Made by a program: the position numbers and the translations under genes. A DNA stretch of 64,000 nt from Antedon mediterranea (taxonomy: Eukaryota; Animalia; Echinodermata): assembly GCF_964355755.1 (NCBI RefSeq), contig NC_092677.1, forward strand, positions 11,430,101 through 11,494,100. The letters are read 5' to 3'. Below are positions 24,901 to 38,500 of the stretch, piece after piece. Position 1 is the stretch's first letter, and each line of letters starts with the position of its first letter. The notes under the pieces were generated by a model. The model worked only from the letters and a program-made list of their open reading frames with translations, did not search any database and had not been told where the DNA came from.

Positions 24901-27900
24901 ACTTTTTTTGTCATACATATAAAGCAAAATCATGTTTTGTAGAGTTTTACAAGTCTTGTAAATGTCCTCTCTGCTTTCCCGGCCGTCTATGAAGTGATCG
25001 CTGATCAACCGCTAAGACAACGTCAGACTTACTCATTCAGGGAAATGCCAGACACAATTGTGGTGAGCAAATAAATTATCAAAATTATGCCAAAAAAGAA
25101 AGACAGTTAATTCAGTAATGAGACATCAGACTAGGCCTATAGATAGCATACGATGTATGTACATTACTGCTCTTTACCAGCTAGGCCTACAAAACTAGAC
25201 CTAACTAAGCTAGGCCTACAAAACTAGACCTAACTAAGCTAGGTCTAGAGACATCTACGAGTGAAGATTCAACGCGAGCTACTTCGGCACAGTTTTTATC
25301 TTTTATATCATAATTAACATTAGAACTCAAATTTAAGACAAGAAATGGCCTGTTTTTTAGTTATATATATACATTATTTTTCGAAAAAAAATGTATAGTG
25401 TCTTGAAAAGTATTCTTTCTCTTGCAGGATATTATTGAGCGGTTAATATTAGTTGACTCAGAAACTAAGAATCATTCCCTTTTTAACGTTGAACAGTCTC
25501 ACACATTTGGATTGAGGTATAGTATGTATACAGTCAACTCTCCCAATACCGGACACATTGGGCTGGAAAGTTTGGTATTCAGAATGTGTTTTTAATGGTA
25601 AAAAAGAATTTGGAACTGTTTTAACTTTAAGAAGGAAGTTTCCGGTTTTCAAAGAGTCCGGTATTGGGAGAGTTGACTGTACTACATTTTTTATTTGGTT
25701 TTAACACAACTAGTTTATGCTTCTTTATATTGATCCTCTATTATTTGATATAACTCTTTTATTTTGTCTTCAGGTTATTAAGTATAATGGTGTGTTCATT
25801 GGACACCCTTTTATTACTCGAATCACAGTATTCTATATGGAGTTCATTACTTAAGGCACAGCAAGAAAACAAATCTGAAAACGGGTAAAGTCTACACTAT
25901 CAAACTTTGCGACAAAGAAATGTAATGTGCCCATATATGAACATGTTAATGTCACATCACTACCATATTTGGTCATATCACTACCATAATATGGGTATCA
26001 CACTTTTTTCGCCAAACTAGTTTGATAGTATAGACAGCTATACATTTTCGTTTCATAATAATTCATGCTACCTCCAAAACCAAGTCAACGGCTTTGATCC
26101 GTGGATTACAGTACCTCGTATAACATTAAATAAGTTCACTGTACACTTTGTTTAATTTCCCTAAAGTATATATAATATGCATTTTGATCATTTAAAATTG
26201 CTTGTGTAAATATTATTATAGAGTAGAAACATTCCTGTCACCTATTAAGGTGACACCCATATATCAAAGGGACACTTTCTTGTGAAACAAACCAGGGACA
26301 ATGTATGTATAGTAAACCAGACAGTGTAGCAAACCTCTAAATCAAGGGGCATTCCTTTTAAAGGGACAATTCCCAAGGTTTACCCTTAATAGGTGTAATA
26401 TCATTGTAATTATTGACTATCTTTCAGGGATATTATCATTGATATGTTATCTGTGGAGAGGAACCAGATACTGGTGAGGTCCTATACAATTGGTGGGCCT
26501 TCAGAACGTAGGCTGCCGCCCAAGACACTGGATATAGACTCCGAACGTCCATACCCTTGGCCGTTATTTTCAACGTTTCCTGTCCCAAAAGACTATACTA
26601 CATTTAATTCAAGACCATCAGCCATCAAACAGGGTAAGAGCGCCATCACAATGTATGAAATCAATGATTCGTTATCAGCGTAACTCTCTAACTCTAATTA
26701 TCACTTAAAAACTTATTTTTATGAAATTCTTAAACTTGTTCAATTACATGTTCAGTGTCCTTTTTAATTTTTTTTAGAAAATGAGTTAAGCAAGCTGCTA
26801 AGTGGTCTGCGTCCTTCCAGCCTAAATTCTGAATGGCTAAGCAAATGTCGGCAGGCGTTTTACAACGTCATGATCACTAAGCCTGACCAAGTCACACCTA
26901 GAGGTAAGTCTTGCATAAAATGTACTTATTAATCAAAGAAAATATTTTTATACATATTTAGTTTCCTGTTTAAATTAAATACAGTAAAATAAATAAATCT
27001 AACTAGTTTACATAGATTCTCAATAATAAAGTATTGCTTCTTTTGGAGTAATGCTAACAGACATCTCGGAGCCTCCAAATTTTCATCCAATCTCCAGAAT
27101 ATTGACAAAATCTCCCAAAATATTTAGATTTAGATGAAAAAAAATTTTCCAACCTATGTTTACTGTTTAAATTCGGTTTTTAAAAGGTTACTTCTGTATT
27201 TAATACATAATTACATCCAATTACTTGCTAGAATGCGCAAGGTACCTATGGTAAACATTGAAATGTGCAAGGTATTTTGTGATGAGTTTAAAACATGTCA
27301 AATTCGTTAAAAATGCGTAAAATATGTAAACCTTCCAAGATTGTTAACTTGCCGGTTAGAACGTCTGTGCTAATCAAGTAGAAGTTAGGAAAAACAAGAC
27401 TAATCTCTGGTGATAGATATAGAAATTGTAAATATTGATCACTGGCACAGGACTAAATCGCTGATGCATTATACAATCTTTTTTTTTATCAGTGATTCCA
27501 GAATTGCTTGATTCTGTCGTGGCTGCCATGATCACAACTGGAGATGACAAGCTCTTCACCCTTAAAGCGTTCACTATCAATGATGCTACCCTTAAAACTC
27601 AGAATCTGACGTCTTTGCAGAGTAAAGGAGTCAAGCATGCCATTAGGTATTTCAAGTTTTTCCAAATTACAGTCAGCTCTCTCAATACCGTGCTCTCTGA
27701 AAACCAGAAACTCTCCCAATACCAAACTCTCTGAAAACCAGAAACTCTCCCAATACTGGACTCTCTGAAAACCAGAAACTCTCCCAATACTGGACTCTCT
27801 GAAAACCAGAAACTCTCCCAATACCGGACGATCTGAAAACCAGAAACTCTTCCAATACCGGACTCTCTGAAAACCAGAAACTTCCCCAATACCTGACTCT

Positions 27901-30900
27901 CTCAAAACCAGAAACTCTAACAATACTACCTGACTTTTTTTAAATTCCAAACAGTCCAAATTTATTTTTACCATTAAAAACACATTCTGGAAAACATATT
28001 TGACCAGCCCAAAGGTGTTCAGTTTTGGGAGAGTTGACTGTATGTAAGTAGTTAAATGATTAAAGAACGTGAAGCCATGTGACTACTGTAGTTGCTTTTG
28101 AATAATCTGTACTGATTAATTAATTAAATGATTAACAAATAATTCAAGAGAAGCTGGTTTGTCAGTATTTGGTTTTTAATAATCTGTAGTGTCCTGATTG
28201 TGTTTCTTTTAGATATGGCATGTATCTTCGTCTGTTGTCCAATCATGACGTCGCTTTAGAGAATCTTTCAACACTTTTAAAGAAGTGTCGTCAGTACCTT
28301 AGAATGCAGCAACGAACACTGGACTCTGATTTACGTATCCTTTGTACAAAGCAACATTTTAGAAAATAAGAAACAAGTTTTGAAAAATAATATGCTTAAT
28401 TTACTGTACTGTTTTGAATATTTAAAAATACATTCCATTAGTGCCATAAATATACCATTAAGGCCCATTCACACTAGGACGATAACGATCGACGATAAAT
28501 ATATAAGCATGCATTTTTTTAACATAAAACAAAAGAAATTAGAAAGGGTTTCGTTCTAGGATTATAGTATAATCATTTATGCTGTCTTTGATAAAAATAA
28601 TATTTTTAAAATTCCAATCAAATGACGTCAAGATACATAAAAACAATAAAATCGTTGTATTGTCACGATATTATTGCTCTTACTAATCATGACGTCATTT
28701 GATTAGACGTGTGAAAATATAATTTTCATCAAAGGAAACATGGTTATTCTATAGTTCTAGAATGAAAAGGTTTTATATTTCTTTTATTTTATGTATGAAA
28801 AATGCAATGTCTATTATCGTCGATCGTTATCGTCCTAGTGTGAATGGGCCTTTAGGCCCCTTTTGGTTAAGTAGAGGTTAAAAATGTATTGGCAACACAT
28901 TTTCCACAATGCACATCATATATGCCATTTTTAGGAAGTGCCTAAAATACCCCTTGCTTACTATTAGATGCTGATGCCAGAAACGTTTTAATAGCGTCCT
29001 CTATGTCTGGATGCATTTTGTAAAAATGATAGCACCCTCTATGAGCTGGCCATGCTTTTATAAAGCCTCCAAATATTTCATATTTCAAAGCTGGTGACTT
29101 GTGTAGGGTAACTTTAAATAAATATCATATTTTCCTGAATGATATCTGATCAGGATTCTTAGAGCGTGACTACGTTGGCTATGATTGGTTCGCGTCGTCA
29201 GTGTTCCTTATGATGATGGGTAACAAGGACAAGGCATGGAACTTTCTCTATCACTTCTCAACAGTGGCAGCATCTGGTTTTCTTTGGATTCCTAGACTCT
29301 ACGCTTCAGTAAGTACAGTAAAGCTTGCCTTCCAATCCCAAGGTCCAGGGTTCAATCTTGACCTAGTACCAGGGTTCAAACATGACCTAGTGCCAGGGTT
29401 CAAACATGACCTAGTGCCAGGGTTCATCAATCCTGACCTAGTGCCAGGGTTCATCAATCCTGACCTAGTGCCAGGGTTCAAACGTGACCTTGTGCTAGGG
29501 TTGTAACTCGCGTTTCTATATAGAGACAGTTTGTAGTGAGTTTAATTACTCATTTTACTGTATGTGGTATTGTTCAAAGGTTGTTTTTTTCTACAAAAGA
29601 TCCATGCCTGCATGTTTAAAATCAACTGTCCACATCTGTTATTCATCAGTTAATGGATAGGCGGCTTAAAATAATATGTGCAAAAGGTTATTTTACGTTT
29701 CTATATTTAGATACATCATTTTTAAGCATTCTTATTAGATGACTTAAACTGAATCAAACAATTTCACGTATCTGTGAAATTTTCGAACCTCATTCAAGAA
29801 TTCTTTATCAGCACTAACTTAGTAACTAGGCTGTTAGGCGGTTTACTGTGTAATTAAGTCACATGACCGTGATGTAATGGGAAAATCACGCGACTCGATT
29901 AAATTCCTAGGTCTTGGGTAAGACAAGTTGACCAAGGTCTTCGTTCAAATCTGGTTTAAGAGTCGCCATGTAGAGGGCTTCTTTTGCCCCTCTCTGAAAG
30001 AATGTATAAATTTTATTTACAGGTGCACTTGCCACTGGAGCAGGCTGTTAGTAGTATACATCCAGTGTTTTCATGTACTGGTCACAATGTGGAGTTGATC
30101 TTGCAACAGGAGGTATCTCATACATACTCTGCCTTTAAGATGTCTGGTTACACACCCTCACAGGTTTGTTTGCTGTTTTTTTAGTGAATTAGGTCAACTT
30201 TCCCTTTTTGAATGAAATTTTTTCCTGTTATTGGAAGAAAAAGTGAAAAAAATGTTGAAACTCGCCTAACGTTGCGTGTGTTGTCAACACACCTTCTCAA
30301 GGTAATCAACGGCCTTGGTGAAGTCAAGTTGGTTTTCACTTTTCCTTCACATAACAACAAAAATTTCATTCCAGTATATCTTTGGAAGGAAATGAATTTA
30401 TTAAATTTTATTGCAATATCTGTATCATTACATATAATATGGTAATTTAAAATGTTTATATAATAAATTATATTATTAATATTGTCAGATTTGTCAGCAT
30501 TGGTTAACTCAATCGTTCTGGAACTATCTTGACTGGCCGCAGATTTGTCACTATATTCTAGTGTGCTTGTTGCTCGGTGTTGACTATCAAGTGTATGTGT
30601 GCGTTGCCATTCTACGCTTCTTGCAGCCACGAATCTTACAATATAGACAACAGCAGAATTTACAGGTGTTCCTTAAGGTATGCAAATGTGATGGGAATTG
30701 TATTATCACACCTGTAATGAAGCATTACTATACTGCACCAAAAATATTTTATTCATATTTTTTGGTGTGTATTTTTGTTGGAATTGTTTTGTATTTAAAA
30801 TCATTATTTTGTTAAAGCATATATATTTTTTTTTAATATTTAGGAAGAGAGCATTGTTGGATTTAAAGTTGGACAGCACCTGGAGTACATGAAATTTTTG

Positions 30901-30957
30901 GAGAAAAAGTATCGATCAACTATTCTACCAGACATGGTCAACCTGGCTAAGCAATAA
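15975..30957 (+). CDS. TBC1D32: Protein broad-minded (BROMI), multi-exon ciliary gene
   Basis: N-terminal [26 protein letters not shown]; internal [34 protein letters not shown] and SGYTPSQICQHW; stop TAA at 30955-30957. Confidence 0.93.
17100..17390. mobile_element. Tc1/mariner-pogo-type MITE
   Basis: TA flanks; imperfect TIR CCGTATATCYTC..GTATAAT; internal GGGAYTAYACCC repeats. Confidence 0.65.
19209..19370. mobile_element. Representative of a high-copy ~150-bp Harbinger-like MITE; ~15 more full or partial copies near 1515, 2198, 10983, 13620, 13770, 17787, 19563, 20101, 21036, 22159, 23981, 24420, 24803, 25888 and 33330
   Basis: TIR AGCTCTGTCTACACTATCAAACT; TTA TSD; internal 21-bp unit CATATCACTACCATATTTGGG of variable copy number. 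Confidence 0.88.
19643..19715 (+). pseudogene. tRNA-Lys(TTT)-derived sequence, probable pseudo-tRNA
   Basis: 73 nt GCCCGGTTAGCTCAGTTGATAGAGCATCAGACTTTTAATCTGA... with an intact anticodon arm. The D-loop GG is changed to GA, the T-stem has a mismatch, and the acceptor stem has three G-U pairs. Confidence 0.75.
25531..25679. mobile_element. Tc1/pogo-type MITE; relatives at 27670-28040 and ~59390-59558
   Basis: TA TSD; TIR CAGTCAACTCTCCCAATACCGGAC. Confidence 0.85.
27693..27925. repeat. Minisatellite, ~7 x 34 bp, inside MITE 27670-28040
   Basis: Unit CTCTCTGAAAACCAGAAACTCTCCCAATACYGGA, period 34 (27693, 27727, ...). Confidence 0.92.
28335..29153 (+). other. Candidate U12-type (minor) GT-AG intron in TBC1D32
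   Basis: Donor GTATCCTTT; branch-like TTCCTGAAT at 29132-29140 close to CAG 29151-29153; splicing gives in-frame DSDLR|[12 protein letters not shown]. Confidence 0.8.
28461..28851. mobile_element. PIF/Harbinger-type palindromic MITE
   Basis: TTA TSD; ~37-bp TIR AGGCCCATTCACACTAGGACGATAACGATCGACGATA, with inverted similarity extending to the centre. Confidence 0.88.
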
Positions 30958-31380
30958 GTAGGCTATGCAGGACCACAAAGTACAGAATGTGAAAAAGTAT
31001 TGTGAAACTATTCTACCAGACATAGTCAACCTTGCAAAGCGTTAAGTATGGAGGACCACTGAGTGCAAGTGTGAAAAAGTATTGTGAAACTAATCTACCA
31101 GACATGGTTAACTGTGCAAGGCGCTAAGTGTGGAGGACCATCAAGTACAGTGTGAACAAAGGTATTGTGCAACTATTCTACCAGACATAGTCAACCGTAC
31201 AACGCACCACGTATGGAGGACCACCAACTACAAAGTGTGAAAAAGTATTGTGTAACTAATCTACCAGACATGGTCAACAACCATGCAAAGCGATAAGTAT
31301 GGAGGACGACCAAGTACAGTGTGAACAAAGGTATTGTGCAACTATTCCACCAGACATGGGTCAACCGTGCGATAAGTACC
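30900..31380 (+). repeat. ~6 x 82-88 bp tandem repeat derived from the TBC1D32 stop-codon region
   Basis: AAAAAGTAT..AACTATTCTACCAGACATGGTCAACC recurs; the first copy encodes [13 protein letters not shown]. Confidence 0.88.
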
Positions 31381-31983
31381 ACAATACAGTTTTTACAAGA
31401 TTCAGTGCTACAAAGTGTGAACCTCTTTGGTTCAGGTAGCAAGCACTAACACTATCATTGGCACTTACTGTTTTAACCAAATAATGTTAATATTCATTGA
31501 TTTTTCATTCCATTTTAATATTTACAAATGTGTTTTTGGTAGTAATTAATATTTTTCATTTATTTATTTAATACACTGTATAAAACCAAAATTGTAAATA
31601 TCGCCTAAAAATTGTTTTTTTATATACAGACTAGAAATATACTGTTTAGTCAGTGCTTTAAATAAATTAGCTTTAAAAATAGTATCCGTCCTAATGTTTC
31701 TAAACTATGATTTTATTTATTTATGTGTATATAATTTATTTTGTGTGTATTTTCATGAAACATATTTAATTGGAGTAAGACAATGTATTGATGGTTTTTA
31801 TCATACAGAGATTTTTGTAATACATTAACCGTCCATCTGATCTATAATATAAAATCATAATTGTGTAAAGTAAATTAATAAATAAATAAATTCATCATTT
31901 TGTTTTATTTATTCATTCAAGGCTATGCACTCTGAACATAATTTTATTTATCTTCATCACTTTACTTTATCCTTGCTTTCTAA

Positions 31984-32136
31984 CAGTGGTGTAAAGGCTG
32001 TGTGAGCGCTCACTGGCTAAGCCCAGGGTTCCAGAGCTTAAGGGGCCCCACCCAGAGCATGAGCAGCCCCATTGTAACTACCAAGCAGTGAAGGGTCTGC
32101 TAAACCAGAGGCCTTTGCCCCTGTCTTACACCACTG
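31984..32136. mobile_element. hAT-type MITE; related fragment at ~11685-11765
   Basis: TIR CAGTGGTGTAA/TTACACCACTG; 8-bp TSD CTTTCTAA at 31976-31983 and 32137-32144. Confidence 0.88.
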
Positions 32137-32336
32137 CTTTCTAACAATTGTAACAAAAAGTTTAAATTACACAATATAAAAAAAATACCAAACAAAACGC
32201 TTTCTTTCAAAAGTTTTTTTTATTATAGTAATTTATTTGCTAAATTCTTGATTCTTGAAATACTTTACCACCATATCAACTCCTACATTTCCAATATTTC
32301 CCTTTTAACTACAGCACTTATCATCCATATCAACAT

Positions 32337-34871
32337 TTATATTTTCCTTACTTCAATATTGAGTATTTTTTCAGCCTCGGAGGCAATCTTCCAATGAATA
32401 TGACTTGCTTCGTCTTTTGTTAGTGTTCTCTCCATACTTCTATATGTGATCCTATTACAGTGACTAACAATCTTTGTGTTCGGATGAACAAACTCATCAA
32501 TCAATGCCACCTCCTCTACAAGATCACCGCCAATGTTCCTAACCAAGTCATGAAAATCATTGACCTCATAGCCAGGTGGACACCAGTATGAAATATCCAT
32601 TATGAGCAGTGGGTACTTGCTGTAGGGCTGAAATTCAAATGAGGTAATTTAATTTTACGTATATGGTACACTTTATGTTCAACAAGAGTACTTAAGTTTA
32701 TAAAAATTGGGAAAAAAGGCCAATTTACACAGACCAGAGTTAACCATAAGCGGAAAACGGCATAGGTTGAATCTTATGAGCGGAAGCGGCCCGTCTGCTC
32801 TGCGTTGTGTGTAAATGGTCATAAGGAATAACATAGATTTTATATTTTTATTACCGTTACTGCTCATCTGTGCAAATTGGCCTTAATGCAAGAACCTTAG
32901 CCAATAGGCAAATGCTAGACTCTCCACTGTCTAGAACCTGAGCAAATGCATAAAGTGGGACACCCCAATTACAGAAACACTTTTTTTGGTACTGAATGCA
33001 TTCGCTTAATATGTGATATTAATAATTAATATATATATATATGTGAATACAGCTATATATGTGAATACAGCTATACATAGACAAAAAATTACCTGAAACT
33101 TAACGCTAGTTGTGTCTTCAACCATAAACTGATTATGAAAGCGTTTATCGTCGGTCCAAAACAGTTTAATGTGTGGTATTTCAAATAAAATCATTGCTAA
33201 TCTTTCCAGACCAAGTCCAAATGCGTAGCCTATCTTCTGACCATTAATAGCTGTAAAGAAATTAAAGGTACTTAATACTAAATACAGTAGAACTTTCCTT
33301 TGGGACACCCATATTCAGTAGACACCTATTAAGCTGTGCCCAAATATGGTAGTGATGTACCCAAATATGGTAATGATATGACATCATCATGTCCATATAT
33401 GGGCATAAGTTTGATAGTGTAGACAGAGCTTTAAGGGGACACATTCCTGAGAAACCAATGAGGGTAAGTAGGTTTTTACACTATTGCCATTTTAGTCTTG
33501 GGTGTCCCCTTAATAGAGGTTTTGGTGGATAGCCAGTATAGTATATAGGTTGATATGACCTCACCCGAACTAATAATTTCTTGTTCCATAATTCCACTGC
33601 CAAGAACTTCCAACCATTCTCCCTGGAACTTAATTTCCAACTCCCATGATGGATGCGTAAATGGGAACTCTGCGTCTATCCAATTTGTCTCAATATCTAA
33701 CAAAATGCATATAAATATAACAATTTACATATATATAATATAGTTGTAAGTACATAGTTAAATGTTTTCCTCTGCTAATATAAAATCATATTGATCTTGT
33801 TGTATGTACATACAATTCTAGTACTATTACTGTAGTGACTTTTTTAGCTTTATTTAGTTTTTTAAATACAGTATATTACAATACAATATGTTACAATACA
33901 ATATGTCAATTGTACCTGTTCCAAATAATTCTTGAACACATCCTTCTAATGTAGTTTTAAGTTCAAATTCTAATGTTTTTGCTGCTTGTAAAGTATGAAA
34001 CTGCTGTTTCTCTGCGGTTCTCTGACCATCTTCAAACATAGGTGTATTATTGGAATTATCACCAAACAGCTAAAAAAAAAAGAAGAGAAACAAGTCTTAA
34101 GTTCTTCAGCCTTAATTTTAATTATTTATACAAGTAGATTACATTAGGAGTGTTTGTATCTTGTTGGTTAAAGTGCTCAGCTTCTGATCTGTGAGTCATT
34201 GGTTCAAATCCAATGTAGAAGTTAGATGTCAGGATTTTTTCTCATGACAAAACAACTCCACCATATATATTTGTTAAAAATACCATCACCTTGTTTTCGG
34301 AATATAAGCGAACACCTTCCATCTGGTGGAACACTGGATAATGACTTGCATCAATGTGATCTCTACGGTAAACATCACCAGCAAGAAGAAAAGCATCCAA
34401 TCCTGACTTGACCAACTCTGATTGGTGGGCTGATGTGTGTGCTCGTAACATATAGTCCTTGTTAATGTAATAATTATCACCCTTTTTTCTGCTCACATGA
34501 TCTTTTGGTGTAAGAACACTGTCAAAGTTTGCATCAACTGTTACTATGGGACTTATGTTGTCATAAACTGAAAACAATGGACTTCCAAGATGCCTAAACC
34601 TGTTATAGAAGAAGTTAATAATTTGCTGTTTGATCAAGTATAATGGATGGTTCGTTTGGTTGTGAAGATTGCGGCCAACTTTTTCAATTATTTTAGGTGT
34701 GAGTGTTGTCATGTCATCACGCTGGAAAACCTGCCCTTGTATTATTACTGTTGAAGCGTTTTCATTGGTTGAAAGTTTACTACACCTTCTTATATTGGTT
34801 TTAAGGTACTTTGATTGCTCCTTCACAAATAAAGTAAAGACATTACAAGGCATTCTGCATAATGAAGTCAT
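32337..34871 (-). CDS. FARS2: Mitochondrial phenylalanyl-tRNA synthetase, 5 coding exons (~34871-34290, 34069-33916, 33697-33564, 33249-33093, 32628-32337)
   Basis: Motifs [52 protein letters not shown], and anticodon-binding domain GGDLVEEV...YRSMERTLT. Confidence 0.96.
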
Positions 34872-35561
34872 GTTCTGTAAATGGAAATGCAAATATATTA
34901 TTTGATTTAAAAAAAAATTAAAATGGTATTCAAATTTAAAATAGCGTTTAATTTAGAATTAGGCCAAGCCCACACAGCAGTACAGCACCTACTACCCGCT
35001 TGTTTGGACCCTAACCCAGGCATTGGCATCATTTTCACAGGCCTAGGTCCTCTACTACTAGGCTATAAAAGTGTCAGTACAGTAGAGTGTAGATGATAGG
35101 CCTAGCTAGCTAGGCCTAGAGGCTAGTTAGGCCTTTTAAATTTAATTGATTAATTTAATAGGGCTAAAAAATAACTAATCTACGTATTTAACGGTAAGCT
35201 TAGGCAACCTAGAACTACTACTGGTCCTAGACATGACAATTTTAATTTTTCCATTCACATTTTACTTTCACAAAGTCCAGACCATTATGGGCGCTGCCAT
35301 TTTAGACTACCTAAGCCATTAGAAATTATTATTAATTAGGTCACAGAGTGCGTTGCGTTCTGTACAATATTTAAATATTTCGTTGTTCAATATTATTAAT
35401 ATAAATTATAAACTTCAGTATAGATTTACTTTTACATTTAAATAATTTATATTGCGCCTATTGTACACATGTGTGATAAAAATATAGGATTTCATGACAC
35501 ATTCTTTATAGGAAGTTACGTACGTTGTCTATTTCATCACGTGTGAAAATGCAGCAACATC

Positions 35562-38500
35562 ATGTCAACAATAAGAATATCGGTGTTAACTTTATACAAA
35601 CATCTTCTAAGGGAATCAAAGAAATTTAGCAGTTACAATTACAGGTTAGTAATTTGAAATATTTATGATGTAGGCCTAGGCCTAACTAACACATTTAAAT
35701 AAAAACATTATATTAACTAATTCAGGTTATAAATCGGCTAGGCTAGGCCAGCCAGGTCAGGTTGCTCCTGTCACGATAAATATGGTCCGGGGCCAAAATC
35801 GGTCCGGCCGGACCAGTTTTGGCTCTAAAATTGTGGCCAAAAGCAGTCCGCCACTGCCAAAATCGGTCCGGGCTTTTCTTCTGTCGATTTTAATTGAATT
35901 ACTAGGCCTATGATGCTGTTTTAAGTTGTTTATGGCTAGAAAAATATCCCATGATATATATTAGTAAGTTATCTTGTCGGATAAATACTATAAATAAATG
36001 TATTTTATCTAAAAACATGACTTGGGTGTTCACTCATATTTCGGCCTGCCACACACTCACATGAACGGGTATGAGACGCTGATATTGCCAGCTAGATTTT
36101 ATTTATGATTGAGGCCTTTTTCCTTCCTCAGCCTAATCAATATTGGATAATTGTTTTATAATAATTGTATTGAATTGATATATTTATTGATTAACCATAA
36201 ATAATTAATAAATTAAATTGTTTTTAACATCATGGGGAAACGAAGATGTTAAAAAAGAAAAAATGGATTAAAAACAGGCAGAGATACATATTGTATACAA
36301 AAAGCTTAACAATTAGTATTAATTATTGATGAGTTACTACTAATAATGATAATAAAAAAAACAGGCTTAATTTATAATTATTAATATTAAAATAACAAAT
36401 AAATCCCCGTAGTTTTCAATAATGACTAATCATGGCCTTTTTTTTTAATGATATATACATTATGACTCATTTTGCGCACCATATATTTGTAAGACCGGAC
36501 CATATTTGGCGGCCAAAAACAGTCCTACTGCCCGGACCGATTTTATCCAGGCCGGACCAGTTTTGGCGGCCAAAATTGGTCCGGCCGGACAGGTTTTGGC
36601 AGCCATAAATGGTCCCCCGGACTGATTTTGGCAGCCAAAACTGGTCCGCCGGACCGATTTTGGCCCGGACTGATTTTGGTGTGACACTCCCCATTTCCAA
36701 ATTAGAATTGGTAGAGGGCTAAGGAGAGGATGCTCACGCTAACCTGGTTATACTTCTACCACTAGGCCTAGACAAGACAGGCATTCGAGGCCTATACTAT
36801 CAACTAATTAGTAGGCTAGGGAGTGCCGCCTAACTAGTCTAATTAAAATGCAAACCTATGCAAGGCCTAGGCTAGGCCTAGTCCTAATTTAAATTTATTA
36901 TTAAATAAAAAAATAAGGAATTAAAGATGTATTGTCCCTTGAAACACAAAAAATGAAAAAAAAAAATATTCTAAATTTAAATTGGCCATATCAAAGTAAT
37001 ATTAACAAATTTACGTAATTAACAGGTAAATTAATTTGATTACATTTCTTCTGGAAAATCGTCACGAACGAAAGTAAACAAAGATTTCAAACCATGCGTA
37101 TGCATTATGCACACATCCACGTCAAACAGCGAAAATGGGACATTAAGTGTTCCGAGAGCCGTTTTCATTGTTTAAGTTAGCCGGAGCCTTTTTCGATTGG
37201 CTATAAATAGAAAGTTCCCGAGCATTTCGAGCGACGCGAGTTCTGACTTCCGTGTTTTATAGGCTGTCTAAATTTCCCTTTTAACGGATTTATATTAAAT
37301 TATATTGTTGTTTGATTTATTTCTGTTTATTAAGAACATTTATATTAAACAAAAACCACAACAATAGCAATTTTAGTTGATTATGGATTAATTGATTCGA
37401 ATTCTAAGATAAACGTCTAAGCCAAATGTAAACGTAAACAAAGCGAGTCATACGGCGAAAACAAAAAAGTGAAAACTAACTAATCTGTTAAAATAGCTAA
37501 CATTAATTTGCAATTTTTAAATGAAATTCTGAAAACGCTATAATATAGTCTTATATGCATTTTCAAAGATTTCCAAATATAAGCTTGGGGTTATTTTTCA
37601 AACAAATTTTATAAGGAGTTGAAGATAGTGTATTTTGAGCGAAAGTGCGGTGCGCGTAGGCCTAGGAAGACGCGGCAGGGCTGGAATACTCGTTTCCTTA
37701 GGCGACGAGAACGTCGGAAGATGCGCTCTATCACTGGGCTCTCGATTTTAGTTCTTGTTAAGTGGATGATGCAGAATCTTATAATATGGGCTTATAAATT
37801 TTAAAATAAAGTGCTGAACTTTCATTTTTCTTAAAATTATGAAGATTAGTGTGAAGTGAGGACTGTCTGCATGCCTGAACGGTTGACTTGGTAAAATACT
37901 GAAAAATCAGTAAATTAGTTAGGCCTAGCTAGGCTAATTAATTAATGTACAGTATATAATGTCATTATTTTTATGAATAGAGCTAAACCTACTAGTAGGC
38001 TTACTAGTAATCTCATAATAAATTTGTTAATGTCACCTGTCACTAACATATGATTGATTTAAGTACAGATGCTGAAAATGTTTACTTTTTATCGGAGCTA
38101 AAATGAAATTTCATGGTTCCCTGCTTTTTATTATAATAATGGAGCAATAAATGAAATACAAATACACACCAATTAACATTTTAATTTTTAATATTATCAC
38201 AAATTTTACCTTAAAAATCAGACAACAAGTTTTCTACATCAACTTAGCTAACATCTTTTGTACTAAGCCTAATCTTCGAAAAGATTTTCTTTACTGCAGT
38301 ACTGTAGGCCTATTACCATTATTTATTTGCCGATTTGAAATGTACATTTAAACTTTATTAAACTACTGCACAACAACCAAGCACCACTTGAACCTTTAAA
38401 TAAGTAAATTAGGCTAAGTTAAAGTTTTTAAAAAATAAAATGTCTTTTTGGCAGTACATCTATAGATATACATTATTACAGTATTAATAGTGCTTTTTCA

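Noticed and set aside
27489-27983. Repetitive ORFs or CRISPR-like array
   Set aside because: A head-to-tail 34-bp minisatellite with no unique spacers, inside a MITE in a eukaryotic intron.
30900-31380. CRISPR-like repeat-spacer array
   Set aside because: The intervening segments are homologous to each other; it is a degenerate tandem repeat and no cas genes are present.
36460-36700. Short ORFs of 75-77 aa
   Set aside because: Translations of subterminal motif arrays of the Ginger-like element.
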